Origin: a virus
Taxonomy: Duplodnaviria; Caudoviricetes
Strand: one strand, 5' to 3'
IMG/VR virus record: IMGVR_UViG_3300026549_000036
Length of the DNA: 64,000 bases
Under the pieces are notes generated by a model. It saw only the letters and a program-made list of their open reading frames with translations, made no database searches and had not been told where the DNA came from. Each line of letters opens with the position of its first letter. Positions within the stretch are counted from its first letter, which is position 1. The translations under genes and the position numbers were made by a program. Shown here one piece after another: positions 1 to 9,967 of this stretch.

Positions 1-654
1 AAGGCAAAAAGCATTGCTGGTGGTGATAAACTTGTTATTAAAGAATATCCCGAAGGCACTGTAAACGCACTTCAAATTGAAGCACTAATTAAGGATTTGA
101 AGGACAAAAAGAGATTTGTGCCTGATGTATTGGTAGTAGATTATATTGGTTGTATGATTCCTAACGGAAAGCCAAATCCAAATCTTAACTCCAATAGTTT
201 ATTAACATTGGCAGCACAACAAATTCGTGCCCTTGGTATGAAATACGGGTTCCCAGTTATTTCTGCTTCTCAAACAAACAGAGGTGGTTATAATACTGCT
301 GAAATTTCTTTGAGCGATGCTGCTGACTCATTCGGTCAAAATATGAAGGCCGATGCTGTCTTTGCGGTCACACAAACTCCTGAAATGAAGGACCAGGGAA
401 TGTATAATGTTCAACTTCTTAAAACTCGTTATGGTAACCAGCGCGGTCAATTCGTAACGATTGGTGTAGATGTTGAAAAGCAGAGAATTTATGATTTGAA
501 CTCAAGTGCTTCTGTTGCTGCTAGAACACAAAATGTTGTAGATAATGTTGCTGAAATTCAGTCGCTCGGTAGTAACCCATTCTCTAGTATTACTGGTGTT
601 ACTAACCCAAGTGCTAGCGGTAAAGATTTGTCAAATTTGAATAGTGTATTTTAA
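1..654 (+). CDS. 41: DnaB-like replicative helicase (T4 gp41-like), C-terminal part; 5' end outside window
   Basis: Frame open from base 1; IKEYP, VVDYIG, SASQTNR, DAADSFG, LKTRYG motifs. Confidence 0.9.
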   Translation, partial: KAKSIAGGDKLVIKEYPEGTVNALQIEALIKDLKDKKRFVPDVLVVDYIGCMIPNGKPNPNLNSNSLLTLAAQQIRALGMKYGFPVISASQTNRGGYNTAEISLSDAADSFGQNMKADAVFAVTQTPEMKDQGMYNVQLLKTRYGNQRGQFVTIGVDVEKQRIYDLNSSASVAARTQNVVDNVAEIQSLGSNPFSSITGVTNPSASGKDLSNLNSVF

Positions 655-663
655 GGAGTACTT

Positions 664-1056
664 ATGGATTTTGATAGTTTAATTGAAGATGGCGAAGGTT
701 TATCAAATAGTCAAAACACTAAGGATAAATTCTTCAAAATTATGCGAAACAATGGCTTTGATTTTTCGGACATTGATGAAGCAACTAAGCTCCCCAAATT
801 CCTTATTCCAGTGATTGACAATGATACTGAACCATTCAATAAGTTCAATATATTGCTTTCAAAACTACATAAGAATAAGGAGATAAACATATTAGAAGCT
901 CTATCTATATTGGTTGAAGATTATCTTGAACCACCTATGGCTTTGAAATGTTTGGACGAACTTAACTATGTTGCTTTAACAACAGAACTTAAATCAAAGT
1001 TCAAAATTAAATCCAACACAAAACAGGATTTGTCAATTTTAGATTTCTTGAATTAG
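664..1056 (+). CDS. Putative late transcription coactivator, gp33-like
   Basis: Position in T4-like 33-59-32 order; ILEAL helix; ends SILDFLN, like the T4 LDFL clamp-binding tail. Confidence 0.55.
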   Translation: MDFDSLIEDGEGLSNSQNTKDKFFKIMRNNGFDFSDIDEATKLPKFLIPVIDNDTEPFNKFNILLSKLHKNKEINILEALSILVEDYLEPPMALKCLDELNYVALTTELKSKFKIKSNTKQDLSILDFLN

Positions 1057-1057
1057 T

Positions 1058-1687
1058 ATGCTTACCACTGACGGAATGTACGCTTTATATCGTGAATTGA
1101 AAGGTTTGTTGGAGAAACCTACTCCATCCAAAGTAAAGAAGTTTACAACAAACTATTTCAGGTATTTCACAGAACATTACTATAATGCTACGGCTAATTG
1201 GAGTGCTGGAGCAAGTAATTTCGTGACCTTAACAAATGCGATTAACAGTGGGCATTTCTCATTGGATGCGTTCTGTGTAATCTTCATTGGGTATTACATA
1301 ACGCAGAACAAATTGCTAACACAAAAATCATTGAATAGTATTGACAAGCTGAAGGAATTAAATAAATTTTATACACAATTTGAAATGACAAAACAAATTG
1401 AGTATATAAATAAGAAAATTGAAAATTCGGTAGATACAGAAGATGCATTTGCCGATTTCACACAAACAAAACTAGACGTATATAAAGTCGGAGAAGACCA
1501 AAAGAATACTTTATATGAAATGATTAAATCAGGTGAAGTTAATCTAATTCATTTCGTGATTGCGTGGCATAACCACAAGTTCGAAATAAATGAGAAATTG
1601 ATTACTGACGAAGATTATCGTAGATTTATACAGTATATGAAGGTTGTAAGACACAATATGTACAAAGTAACAAAAACTACTGTTTAA
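1058..1687 (+). CDS. Putative helicase loader, gp59-like
   Basis: Size (209 aa) and position directly before gp32; only weak N-terminal resemblance. Confidence 0.4.
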   Translation: MLTTDGMYALYRELKGLLEKPTPSKVKKFTTNYFRYFTEHYYNATANWSAGASNFVTLTNAINSGHFSLDAFCVIFIGYYITQNKLLTQKSLNSIDKLKELNKFYTQFEMTKQIEYINKKIENSVDTEDAFADFTQTKLDVYKVGEDQKNTLYEMIKSGEVNLIHFVIAWHNHKFEINEKLITDEDYRRFIQYMKVVRHNMYKVTKTTV

Positions 1688-1810
1688 TTTATCATAATAG
1701 TTTTGTTGAAAACGAAGTTATGAAAAATGAAAATTTTGAAATGACATCGTGATAGTTTTTTATATTTGTGATAGATTAAATGGTGAACAAATTATTAGGA
1801 GAAAATAAAT

Positions 1811-2764
1811 ATGCCAATTAAAAGAGATTTCCAAGGTTATTTTTCACAGATTCAACACGCAGGTAATGCTGGTGGTGATACCGCAAAGAAATCATACAAA
1901 GTAGAAAATGCATTCACACCTGTCCTCAAGGATGGTTCGTATGAAGTAGTTATGCGTTTTCTTCCTTCTCACCCAGACGAAATTAGCCCATTCATTGAAA
2001 ACAGAAACCACATGTTTCAGTTGAAGAATGGTACTTGGTTTGGTTGCGATTGTTTGAGTAAGTTCGGTAAGCCATGTCCGATTTGCGATTATAACCGTGC
2101 TATGTGGAAGAAGTATTCAAAAGAAGAAGCCAAAACAAAGACACTTGGCAAGTTTAAGCCAAATTATGTTTCCAATGTTTTGATTGTTCGTAATGACAAT
2201 GCTCCTGAAACAGAAGGAAAGGTATTCCGTTTTGAATACAAGTCTCTCGTTATGGGTCTAATTTCCAAGGCCATGACTGACCACGAAGACCCAGAAGAAG
2301 GCATTATCAAGGGTTATAACCCCTTTGATTGGAAGACTGGTGCAAACTTCATTTTCAAGGGTACACAAGCAGGTAAATTTGTTAAAAACGATATGTCTGC
2401 TTTCGGTGCTCAAAAGCCTATCAACAAGTGGGATAGAGCCACAAAGAAGTATGTTCCATTGACAGACGAAGAAATTGACGCTATTGAAGCTCAACTCTAC
2501 ACTCTCGCCGATTGTGAACATAAAGAAAGTGATGTTCGTGATTACCAGGGCATTTTGGATTCTTATTTGAAGAAGAATGGCTCACCACTCGGTGCCGACG
2601 AAGGTTTGTCCTTCGGTAATGGTGTTGTTGCTACCACAACAAAGGCCACTGCCGCAGCTACAACCACAGTCCCAGATGATGCGGAATTCACACCAGCCAC
2701 AGACCCAGTAGTAGATGAAGTTACTGATAGTGACGATTTCTTCAGTAAATTGTCTAATATGTAA
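1811..2764 (+). CDS. 32: ssDNA-binding protein, T4 gp32-like
   Basis: VMRFLP, H..C..CPIC Zn site, EGKVF, YNPFD..GANF, acidic tail DDFFSKL. Confidence 0.93.
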   Translation: MPIKRDFQGYFSQIQHAGNAGGDTAKKSYKVENAFTPVLKDGSYEVVMRFLPSHPDEISPFIENRNHMFQLKNGTWFGCDCLSKFGKPCPICDYNRAMWKKYSKEEAKTKTLGKFKPNYVSNVLIVRNDNAPETEGKVFRFEYKSLVMGLISKAMTDHEDPEEGIIKGYNPFDWKTGANFIFKGTQAGKFVKNDMSAFGAQKPINKWDRATKKYVPLTDEEIDAIEAQLYTLADCEHKESDVRDYQGILDSYLKKNGSPLGADEGLSFGNGVVATTTKATAAATTTVPDDAEFTPATDPVVDEVTDSDDFFSKLSNM

Positions 2765-2808
2765 TCTGTGAAAATAAATAAATAAGTTTAGAAATAAACG
2801 ATTTTATC

Positions 2809-2847
2809 AAATCCACCATTGACAACAGTGGTGGATTTTCTTATTTT
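2809..2847 (+). terminator. Terminator hairpin with an embedded TTGACA -35 box
   Basis: AAATCCACCA/TGGTGGATTT stem with TTGACA at 2819 in the loop. Confidence 0.7.
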
Positions 2848-2871
2848 TAAAGAAAAAAGGAACATATAACT

Positions 2872-3792
2872 ATGAATTATTGGCACAACACAAAACTAAA
2901 AATCTTGAACTTCACTCACTGCGATATGGATGGTGCTGGCGCGGGCATTGTCATTAAGAACTACTTCCACGATGTTATAACTGAGTCAATTAACTACAGT
3001 GCTGAAAATACTATCCTTCAAAAAATGATTAAATACAAGGACCAATTTGACGCAGTTATCTTTACAGATTTTTGTCCTTGTAATCTGACAGAAGTCAAAG
3101 CTTTTGGTAAGCCAGTTCTCGTTTTAGACCACCACGAAAGCGCTGTCAAGTATAATAACCCCAAAGAATTTGTTTATGTTTGTCCAGGTCATTGTGGTGC
3201 GAAACTCGCATTAACTTATTTTAATCACGATGATTGCTTGAAACATTTGACTGAACTCATTGAGATTGTAAACGATTTTGACCTGTATCTTTTGAAGGAC
3301 CCACGCAGTAAATGCTTTAATTCTCTTTACTGGGATATGGGATTTAACTGGTTTATGAACCGATTCTACAATGGTGACATTGAATTGAGCAAAGCAGAAA
3401 AGGCTTTCCTTGTTCGTAAACAGAAGGACTTCAAGAAACACTATGACCAGTTAGAAATTTCTGAACTTAAGAATGGTGGTGTGTTCTGTTATTCCGAAAA
3501 GTACATTTCGGAGATTACTGACGCATTAAGGAACGAAGGTTACAAGTGGGTTGTAATTTATCGTCCTGGTTATCTTTCTGTTCGCAGTTCGGATGATAGC
3601 AACATTAACCTTGTTGAGGTCGCAAAGATTGTTGGTAAGGGCGGTGGACACGAACAGGCCATTGGTATTCCACAAGAAAAAGACCAGCTAGATGCTTTAA
3701 TCGCAAAGGTTGATGACGCAGTAGACACTTATTTGAAACTCAAAACAAATCCACCATCTGACGAATTTATGAATAAACTAAAGGGAATGTAA
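2872..3792 (+). CDS. DHH/DHHA1 phosphoesterase (NrnA/NrnB-like)
   Basis: THCDMDG, FTDF, LDHH, SVRS, GGGH motifs. Confidence 0.9.
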   Translation: MNYWHNTKLKILNFTHCDMDGAGAGIVIKNYFHDVITESINYSAENTILQKMIKYKDQFDAVIFTDFCPCNLTEVKAFGKPVLVLDHHESAVKYNNPKEFVYVCPGHCGAKLALTYFNHDDCLKHLTELIEIVNDFDLYLLKDPRSKCFNSLYWDMGFNWFMNRFYNGDIELSKAEKAFLVRKQKDFKKHYDQLEISELKNGGVFCYSEKYISEITDALRNEGYKWVVIYRPGYLSVRSSDDSNINLVEVAKIVGKGGGHEQAIGIPQEKDQLDALIAKVDDAVDTYLKLKTNPPSDEFMNKLKGM

Positions 3793-3793
3793 T

Positions 3794-3988
3794 ATGCGGA
3801 AAACTTTTAGGGAATTTTTATTTTTCTCTGTATTAGCTGTGATGTTGTTAGGTGGCATCAATGCTGCTCAAGTAGACGAATACATTGAAAGTAAAAATCC
3901 ATTTCATAAAGAAAAAGTTTTACGCAAAGATTTTTCCGAATGGTATTTCTCAGATTGGCGATATAGTTGGAAATACGCACATAAATAG
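3794..3988 (+). CDS. Small protein with signal peptide or TM helix
   Basis: Hydrophobic N-terminus; codon 2 is an apparently non-shifting CGG. Confidence 0.5.
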   Translation: MRKTFREFLFFSVLAVMLLGGINAAQVDEYIESKNPFHKEKVLRKDFSEWYFSDWRYSWKYAHK

Positions 3989-3992
3989 TTCA

Positions 3993-4841
3993 ATGCAAGT
4001 ACAAAACATTAAAAGTCAATTTGATAATAAAATGGTGCCTTTGGAACTCACCGAAGGCGTTATGAATAACATAATTAAGTGTATTAAGGACCCTATAACC
4101 TGTCCGAATAAAGACAACATTCCACAATGGAAATTCTGTACTGTCAAAGGCAACATACGTTGTAATGACAATATGGATAAAACCAACATTCTAATTCTTG
4201 ACTATGATGATGCTGGTTATTCCTACCAGGAATTTGAAGATAGATTTAGAGGTTACAAATACTACTTACATACAAGTTATTCCTATAATGGAACTAATAG
4301 TAAGTTCCGTGTATTGTTGTTCCTTGACAAAGAATATGATATTGACAAATTGTTCTGTAAGACATCACAAGCAATTTATAGTCCATATACTTTGTTAGTA
4401 AATTATTTTAATCACGTAGATAAAGCCAGTTTCGTTAAATCACAATTTTTTAAGGTTCCAGCCGTAAAAGATAAAACTTCTCCATATTACTACAACATTC
4501 ACGATGGCGAACTGTTCAGTATGGATAACATAACTTCTTTTACATTTGCTTATGAAAATTGTGCACAGTTCCTTGAAAACGAAAAGAGAGATAGAGAATA
4601 CAAAGCACAAGTATTCAAAACTCAATATACTGGTGATTTGACAAAGGCTTTGGAATATGTGAAACGCAAAATGGAAGCCGCCCTTCCAGGTGAAAGACAC
4701 AACGCAGTATTTGGATTGGGTGCTTTCTTCCAGCATTGTGGTGGTGACTATGATACGTTCTCACGAATTAGACCAAGCTGGGCAGATAAAAAATTTGATT
4801 CTCAGATGAAAAGACTTGAAAAGGAATGGTTCAAACTATGA
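3993..4841 (+). CDS. Primase-polymerase (AEP-like) protein with PriCT-like C-terminus
   Basis: LILDYDD, HTSYS, KFRVLL, GERHNAVF motifs; ATG at 3993 preferred over TTG at 3885. Confidence 0.7.
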   Translation: MQVQNIKSQFDNKMVPLELTEGVMNNIIKCIKDPITCPNKDNIPQWKFCTVKGNIRCNDNMDKTNILILDYDDAGYSYQEFEDRFRGYKYYLHTSYSYNGTNSKFRVLLFLDKEYDIDKLFCKTSQAIYSPYTLLVNYFNHVDKASFVKSQFFKVPAVKDKTSPYYYNIHDGELFSMDNITSFTFAYENCAQFLENEKRDREYKAQVFKTQYTGDLTKALEYVKRKMEAALPGERHNAVFGLGAFFQHCGGDYDTFSRIRPSWADKKFDSQMKRLEKEWFKL

Positions 4842-5224
4842 CAAAAGAAGAACTTGTTAATTTATTAGAACACTCTGGACTAAACATTTATTTGAGTGAA
4901 GCATTTACAACAGATGATAATGAAGATTTCATTATACAAAAATACGCAAGTTATAAACCAACCACTCAAACTATTTTTGAATTTGAAAATGGTACTACAA
5001 TAAAGTATTATGACTATTTCCTTCACAAATTGAATTCACCAAATTTTTATGGTGACCTGTATATTGCTTTACCTGAAAAACCTGGTCTAACATTAGACTA
5101 TTCGTGCTATAATGAACAAACTATGCTTGACCTTTTGGATAGACGAATTAGGCAATATGAAGAAGTTTTAAAAGAAGTTAAGCAGAAAAACAAAGAATGG
5201 AAAGTTGGGAAGGACTTTGAATGA
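4838..5224 (+). CDS. DF-tail family hypothetical protein
   Basis: Ends KEWKVGKDFE. Confidence 0.7.
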   Translation: MTKEELVNLLEHSGLNIYLSEAFTTDDNEDFIIQKYASYKPTTQTIFEFENGTTIKYYDYFLHKLNSPNFYGDLYIALPEKPGLTLDYSCYNEQTMLDLLDRRIRQYEEVLKEVKQKNKEWKVGKDFE

Positions 5225-5571
5225 CAATAAATGAAATGATTGAAATGAAGGAGTTCGCTAGAGGTCTCGGCTATACCATTAGAGAGAATGATTGGGTAGA
5301 CCGCCGAAAATTTACAGTTCGTTATCCAAATTCAACTCTCTATTCTACTGTGCTTGATTTTACTTACGAAGGTTGTGATTATGTTAATTTGGATGAATCT
5401 TCAGTTGAAAGACTTATTCCTGGAGATTTTCACGGAAATCCAAGACAAACATTTTATGTTGGTGATTTGAATAAAGACGCTGTACAGAATTTTCTAGTTA
5501 AAAGATGGAAAGATTATAAGGACTATATTGAAGCCATAAAACTAAATAAAATAGAGAGTGATTTTAATTAA
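5221..5571 (+). CDS. DF-tail family hypothetical protein
   Basis: Ends KLNKIESDFN. Confidence 0.7.
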   Translation: MTINEMIEMKEFARGLGYTIRENDWVDRRKFTVRYPNSTLYSTVLDFTYEGCDYVNLDESSVERLIPGDFHGNPRQTFYVGDLNKDAVQNFLVKRWKDYKDYIEAIKLNKIESDFN

Positions 5572-5588
5572 ACAAAAGGAGAACCAAT

Positions 5589-7403
5589 ATGAATCTATTT
5601 AAAAAGTTCATAGTTATAGCATTGGCTGCGTTTACTCTTAATGCTTCGGCAGTGGGCTTGGCAGAAAATGCAACCAAGTTCGTGGGTAACATTACCACAC
5701 GAGGTCAAGTCCGTTCTGATTTCGGTACCTATTGGAACCAGATTACGGCAGAAAACGAATGTAAGTGGGCATCCATTGAAGGAACCCGTGGAAGATATAA
5801 TTTTGATGGTTGTAAAGCCGCATATAACTGGGCTAAGCAGAATGGTGGCTACTTCAAATTCCACGCTTTGCTTTGGGGTTCTCAGTATCCATCTTGGCTT
5901 GAAGGATTGAGCGTAGAAGATACAAAGACAGCTATTATGAATTGGTTTGATGCTGTCAAACAGAACATTCCAGACCCAGATATGATTGACGTTGTTAATG
6001 AAGCTATTAGAACCGGTAATAACCAGTATCACTCAAACTATCCAAAGACAAAGATAATTCAGGCTATGGGTGGTGATAACAACGGCGATTACACATTCAT
6101 TGTAAATGCGTTCAAAGAAGCTAGAAAAAGATGGCCGAATGCAGTGTTAATTTATAATGACTATAATACTGTTCAATGGCAAAAGAACGAAGGTATTCAG
6201 TTAATTCAGACCATTAAGAAAGCTGGTGCACCGGTAGATGGTTATGGACTACAAGCACACGATATGCAAACTGGTGGTGGTGGAAACAATGGTACTGGTG
6301 CTAATGGTTCCTGTTTGCCACTATCAACATTGAAGTCTGTTATTGAAGAAATCTGGACAAAGACCCAGACACCAATGTTCATTTCGGAATATGATATTGC
6401 GACCGAAGATGACAATGACCAGAAGAATTGTTATGAACAACAAATTTCTTACTTTATGGAAAATGAACATATTGCTGGTATTACAATTTGGGGATATATC
6501 TACGGTTCTACTTGGACTACCAACGGAAACTCTGGTATTATCAAGAATGGTAATGATAGACCTGCTATGACTTGGTTGAAGTCTTATTTACCATCACACC
6601 CAGGTAATAACTCTACTGGATTGTTGGGTAGCACACCAGTTGAACCTGAACCACAAAAACCATTTAAGGGAAAAGCATTTGATTTGACTGGACCTATTGA
6701 AGCAGAAAACTTTGACATTCCAGGTAAGGGCAAGAACGAAGACGGAACAAGTAATGCTTCTTATTCAGCCAGTGGAAGTTGTGATGGAACTTGGAACACC
6801 ACATATCGTGAAGGCACAACTGTTAGTATCGGTGAAAAGAATGGTGGTTTAGTTCTAGGTTGTAACCCAACTGGAAACTATTTTGAATACACAATTAAGG
6901 TTCCTGAAGCAGGTAGATATGTTGTTTACACTACTGTTGCTGCTGAAGGAGATGGTGCGATTATCTATAAGGTCGGAGATAAAGCAGTATCCGACACGAT
7001 TAAATACTCAGGCGATTCTTGGAACAAATTTGAAACAGCTAAAGGATTTGTAACATTTGATTCTCCAGGTGAACAAATTTTAACATTGGAAGTCGCTCAG
7101 GGTTATATTGACATTGACAACTTTGAATTTATGGTTACAGACTGTGCTCCAGGAGATGTAACTTGTGGTGGTCCTTCAATAGATTGTGATGCCCACCCAG
7201 ATGCTCCAGGTTGCGACATTGTAGCAATTCCAACTAGAACCTCTAGTCCAAAACTCCAGCACTTCACAGTATTTGACGTGAAGGGGTCAGTAATTACCCG
7301 AGTAGATAACTACACCATAGAGGGTGCCACTGCGTCCCTAAGACTAAATCCTGGCGTTTATCTGATTAAGTCGGACACAGAAATCAAGAAGTTCGTAAAA
7401 TAA
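5589..7403 (+). CDS. Secreted endo-1,4-beta-xylanase, GH10 plus CBM6-like module
   Basis: Signal peptide; TAENECKW, HALLW, DVVNE (acid/base), YNDYN, ISEYD (nucleophile); IEAENFD CBM; C-terminal PGVYLIK tail. Confidence 0.92.
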   Translation: MNLFKKFIVIALAAFTLNASAVGLAENATKFVGNITTRGQVRSDFGTYWNQITAENECKWASIEGTRGRYNFDGCKAAYNWAKQNGGYFKFHALLWGSQYPSWLEGLSVEDTKTAIMNWFDAVKQNIPDPDMIDVVNEAIRTGNNQYHSNYPKTKIIQAMGGDNNGDYTFIVNAFKEARKRWPNAVLIYNDYNTVQWQKNEGIQLIQTIKKAGAPVDGYGLQAHDMQTGGGGNNGTGANGSCLPLSTLKSVIEEIWTKTQTPMFISEYDIATEDDNDQKNCYEQQISYFMENEHIAGITIWGYIYGSTWTTNGNSGIIKNGNDRPAMTWLKSYLPSHPGNNSTGLLGSTPVEPEPQKPFKGKAFDLTGPIEAENFDIPGKGKNEDGTSNASYSASGSCDGTWNTTYREGTTVSIGEKNGGLVLGCNPTGNYFEYTIKVPEAGRYVVYTTVAAEGDGAIIYKVGDKAVSDTIKYSGDSWNKFETAKGFVTFDSPGEQILTLEVAQGYIDIDNFEFMVTDCAPGDVTCGGPSIDCDAHPDAPGCDIVAIPTRTSSPKLQHFTVFDVKGSVITRVDNYTIEGATASLRLNPGVYLIKSDTEIKKFVK

Positions 7404-7440
7404 AGAAAAATTTACATTTCTATTAGAAAATTTCTATATT

Positions 7441-7466
7441 GGTGGATTGAGAAATCCACCTTTTTT
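7441..7466 (+). terminator. Intrinsic terminator
   Basis: GGTGGATT/AATCCACC stem plus T-run. Confidence 0.8.
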
Positions 7467-7479
7467 AAAGGACTAAAAA

Positions 7480-8079
7480 ATGTTAGACTTGACTAATGAA
7501 AATGTTTATTTCGTGAGTGATACTCACTTTAACCATACAAAACTCTGTAAAGGCTATGATAACTGCTTTGACAGAACACGAAAATATGTAACTGTTGAAG
7601 AAATGAACGAAGACATTGTTGAACAGTGGAACAAACACATTACGAAAAATGACGTAGTAATTTTCCTAGGTGACTTTGTTTGGGGAGAACCTTGGTATAA
7701 AATGCCTGGTTGGGGAAAGGAATTTTATCCGAAATTGAACAACAAAGGTTTCATTTGGGTTAAAGGAAACCACGATGGAGTACTCAGTAGAACATTCAAA
7801 GGAATGATGCCATTTGTGGAATTTAAATACAAAGATAAAATTTATCTGTGTCAGCATTATGATTTTAACGAAAGACCTGAACTATTAGATAGTCATAATG
7901 CCGACTGCTATGTTCACGGACATACACATACTGATAATAAAACATCCAAATTCAAGAACGGTGCCATACAAAATAATGTTTGTTGGGAAGCGTGGTATCG
8001 TCCAGTCCACATTGACGAACTTGTCATAAATACTATAAACATTAACAATGATGGAGTTTGGAATGAATTTTTTATTTGA
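7480..8079 (+). CDS. Calcineurin-like metallophosphoesterase
   Basis: SDTHF, LGD, GNHD, HGHTH motifs. Confidence 0.92.
   Translation: MLDLTNENVYFVSDTHFNHTKLCKGYDNCFDRTRKYVTVEEMNEDIVEQWNKHITKNDVVIFLGDFVWGEPWYKMPGWGKEFYPKLNNKGFIWVKGNHDGVLSRTFKGMMPFVEFKYKDKIYLCQHYDFNERPELLDSHNADCYVHGHTHTDNKTSKFKNGAIQNNVCWEAWYRPVHIDELVINTININNDGVWNEFFI
8023..8043 (+). promoter_or_regulatory. Late-type promoter (CATAAATA variant)
   Basis: GTCATAAATACTATAAACATT, identical copy at 57713-57733. Confidence 0.65.
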
Positions 8080-9958
8080 AGGTGGAAATGCTAAAGCCAA
8101 AAATGGTGCTGAAGCTTCAAAAGTAAACATTAAGGCTTTTACAGATAAACAATACGAATCATACAAGTTAGACATTATTAACCTGGTTCTTGCTATCAAC
8201 AAGAAGTTTGAAGAAGCTTATGACGAACCTTTGTTTCCTTCAAACGATTTAATCACCAGTGCTAAAATCTTCTCAGGTTCCGCTAATACATTCTTCAAGA
8301 AATCAAAAGAAGAATATACAGCTATTAAATCTGCTTTAGGTGACATTGACGTCCAAGTAAATAAAAACAAGAAAGATAAAGTTAAAGAGTTCCTCGTCAA
8401 TAACGAAGGAACTAATTTTGCTGGCTTTACCTTGTTGGGAACTCAGTTCGGTATGGATTTCTTTAACATTTTCCAAGCTCCAAAGAAATACAATCCTGCC
8501 GCTACAAACATTCAAATTGACTTTGAATTTGTCTTGTATAATGACAATGGCGACATTGACGAATTGGATGTTTATATTAGAAATTCCGACTGGGACGATT
8601 TGAAAGAAGGCATTAAAGGTTTTGCTAAACAGCGTCTTATTCCTTCTATCTACAAAGCCATCTATGGTGTTCCAGGTGTTGTATTCCAAAATAAGAAAGA
8701 CTTGCCTTCTAAGGGTTATAAGAAAGACGAAGTTTCTTACAAAACATTCGGTCCTATGGGTTCAAGAGTAAAATATAACCAGGTAAAGGACGAAAATGGT
8801 AACCCTGTAAATTACGAAGGTAAACCAGCATTTAGAGAAATTCCAACTTCTCAGTCTACATTTAACAGAAACTTAGACAACGCATTTGAAGAAATGTTTG
8901 GAAAGAAACCTACTGGTGCGGAAAAACAAAAAATGTATTCATTCATTGGTGTTCTTTCTCTTATGAAAAAATACTTGAATGAAAACCAGATTAAGAGAAC
9001 ATATAAGTTCTTCTACGAAGATATTACAGAAATTACTGACGATGAAACAGTTTTAAATGCTATCTTTAATAAGTTTAAAGAAGTGTTCCCATTCATAAAC
9101 GAATCCTTGTCCTTTGAAAAATATGCTCAAAAAATGATGTTGGGCGAAGCATTTAGTAAAGGACTTGCACCTAAATTTAGTTTGGGAACAATAAATGTTT
9201 TCAACAAATACGATTGGAAGATTGGTAATCTACTTGGAGAAGCAAATGAAGTTGCTGGCTCCGAAGAAAATATGATGTATATTGCCAAGACCATTGTAGA
9301 TAACATTGAAACTGGTAACGATGGCAAGCCAGCTAAGGTTTGGATGTGTGGTGGTGCTGTAAGAGACGAAATCCTTGGCAAACAAAGTAATGACATAGAT
9401 TTAATGACTAACTGTGATGTCAAAGAAGTAGCACAATTATTTGACAGATGTGAAGTTGCTAGAACAGGAAATGCTAGATTAGCAAGAGTTTATATTGACA
9501 ATGACTTGTTTGAATTGGGTTGTCTAGAAGTTGGTGATACCATTGAACATAACCTTGATAGTAGAGATTTGACCTGTAATGCTATCTTGAAGGATTTGTC
9601 TACTGGAGAATACTTTGACCCTATCGGTGGTATGAAGGATATCCGAGCAAAACGAATTCGTTTTACAACGGCTGCTAGAGAAAAAATTTCAGCAGGTAAA
9701 GACCCAGCAGAATTGTTGAGAGCCTTCCGCTTTATGGCTCAGCTTGGTTGGAATTTTGCTCCGGACACAGCTAAAGCAATTCAGTCATACTCTAACATTA
9801 CCGGTGGTAAGATTAAGATTCAGCTCAAAGCAGCATTAGGACCTGCTAACTGGAAGAAACTTATCAAGGGCAAATACAAAGATAAAGCACTAGCCGCTTT
9901 GGAACAATATGGCTTTATGGATTGGGCTAAATCAACATTCCCAGAAGATTTTCAATAA
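8063..9958 (+). CDS. Multidomain protein: N-terminal putative nucleotidyltransferase-like domain plus CCA-adding/poly(A) polymerase domain
   Basis: C-terminal half has GGAVRD, DIDL, RDLTCNA, LLRAFRF; N-terminal half has SGS...GDIDV...QIDF. Confidence 0.8.
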   Translation: MNFLFEGGNAKAKNGAEASKVNIKAFTDKQYESYKLDIINLVLAINKKFEEAYDEPLFPSNDLITSAKIFSGSANTFFKKSKEEYTAIKSALGDIDVQVNKNKKDKVKEFLVNNEGTNFAGFTLLGTQFGMDFFNIFQAPKKYNPAATNIQIDFEFVLYNDNGDIDELDVYIRNSDWDDLKEGIKGFAKQRLIPSIYKAIYGVPGVVFQNKKDLPSKGYKKDEVSYKTFGPMGSRVKYNQVKDENGNPVNYEGKPAFREIPTSQSTFNRNLDNAFEEMFGKKPTGAEKQKMYSFIGVLSLMKKYLNENQIKRTYKFFYEDITEITDDETVLNAIFNKFKEVFPFINESLSFEKYAQKMMLGEAFSKGLAPKFSLGTINVFNKYDWKIGNLLGEANEVAGSEENMMYIAKTIVDNIETGNDGKPAKVWMCGGAVRDEILGKQSNDIDLMTNCDVKEVAQLFDRCEVARTGNARLARVYIDNDLFELGCLEVGDTIEHNLDSRDLTCNAILKDLSTGEYFDPIGGMKDIRAKRIRFTTAAREKISAGKDPAELLRAFRFMAQLGWNFAPDTAKAIQSYSNITGGKIKIQLKAALGPANWKKLIKGKYKDKALAALEQYGFMDWAKSTFPEDFQ

Positions 9959-9967
9959 GGATTTAAA

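Noticed and set aside
8063-9958. The PEDFQ ending as a DF-tail family member
   Set aside because: It lacks the preceding K-rich helix and belongs to a large enzyme; probably coincidence.
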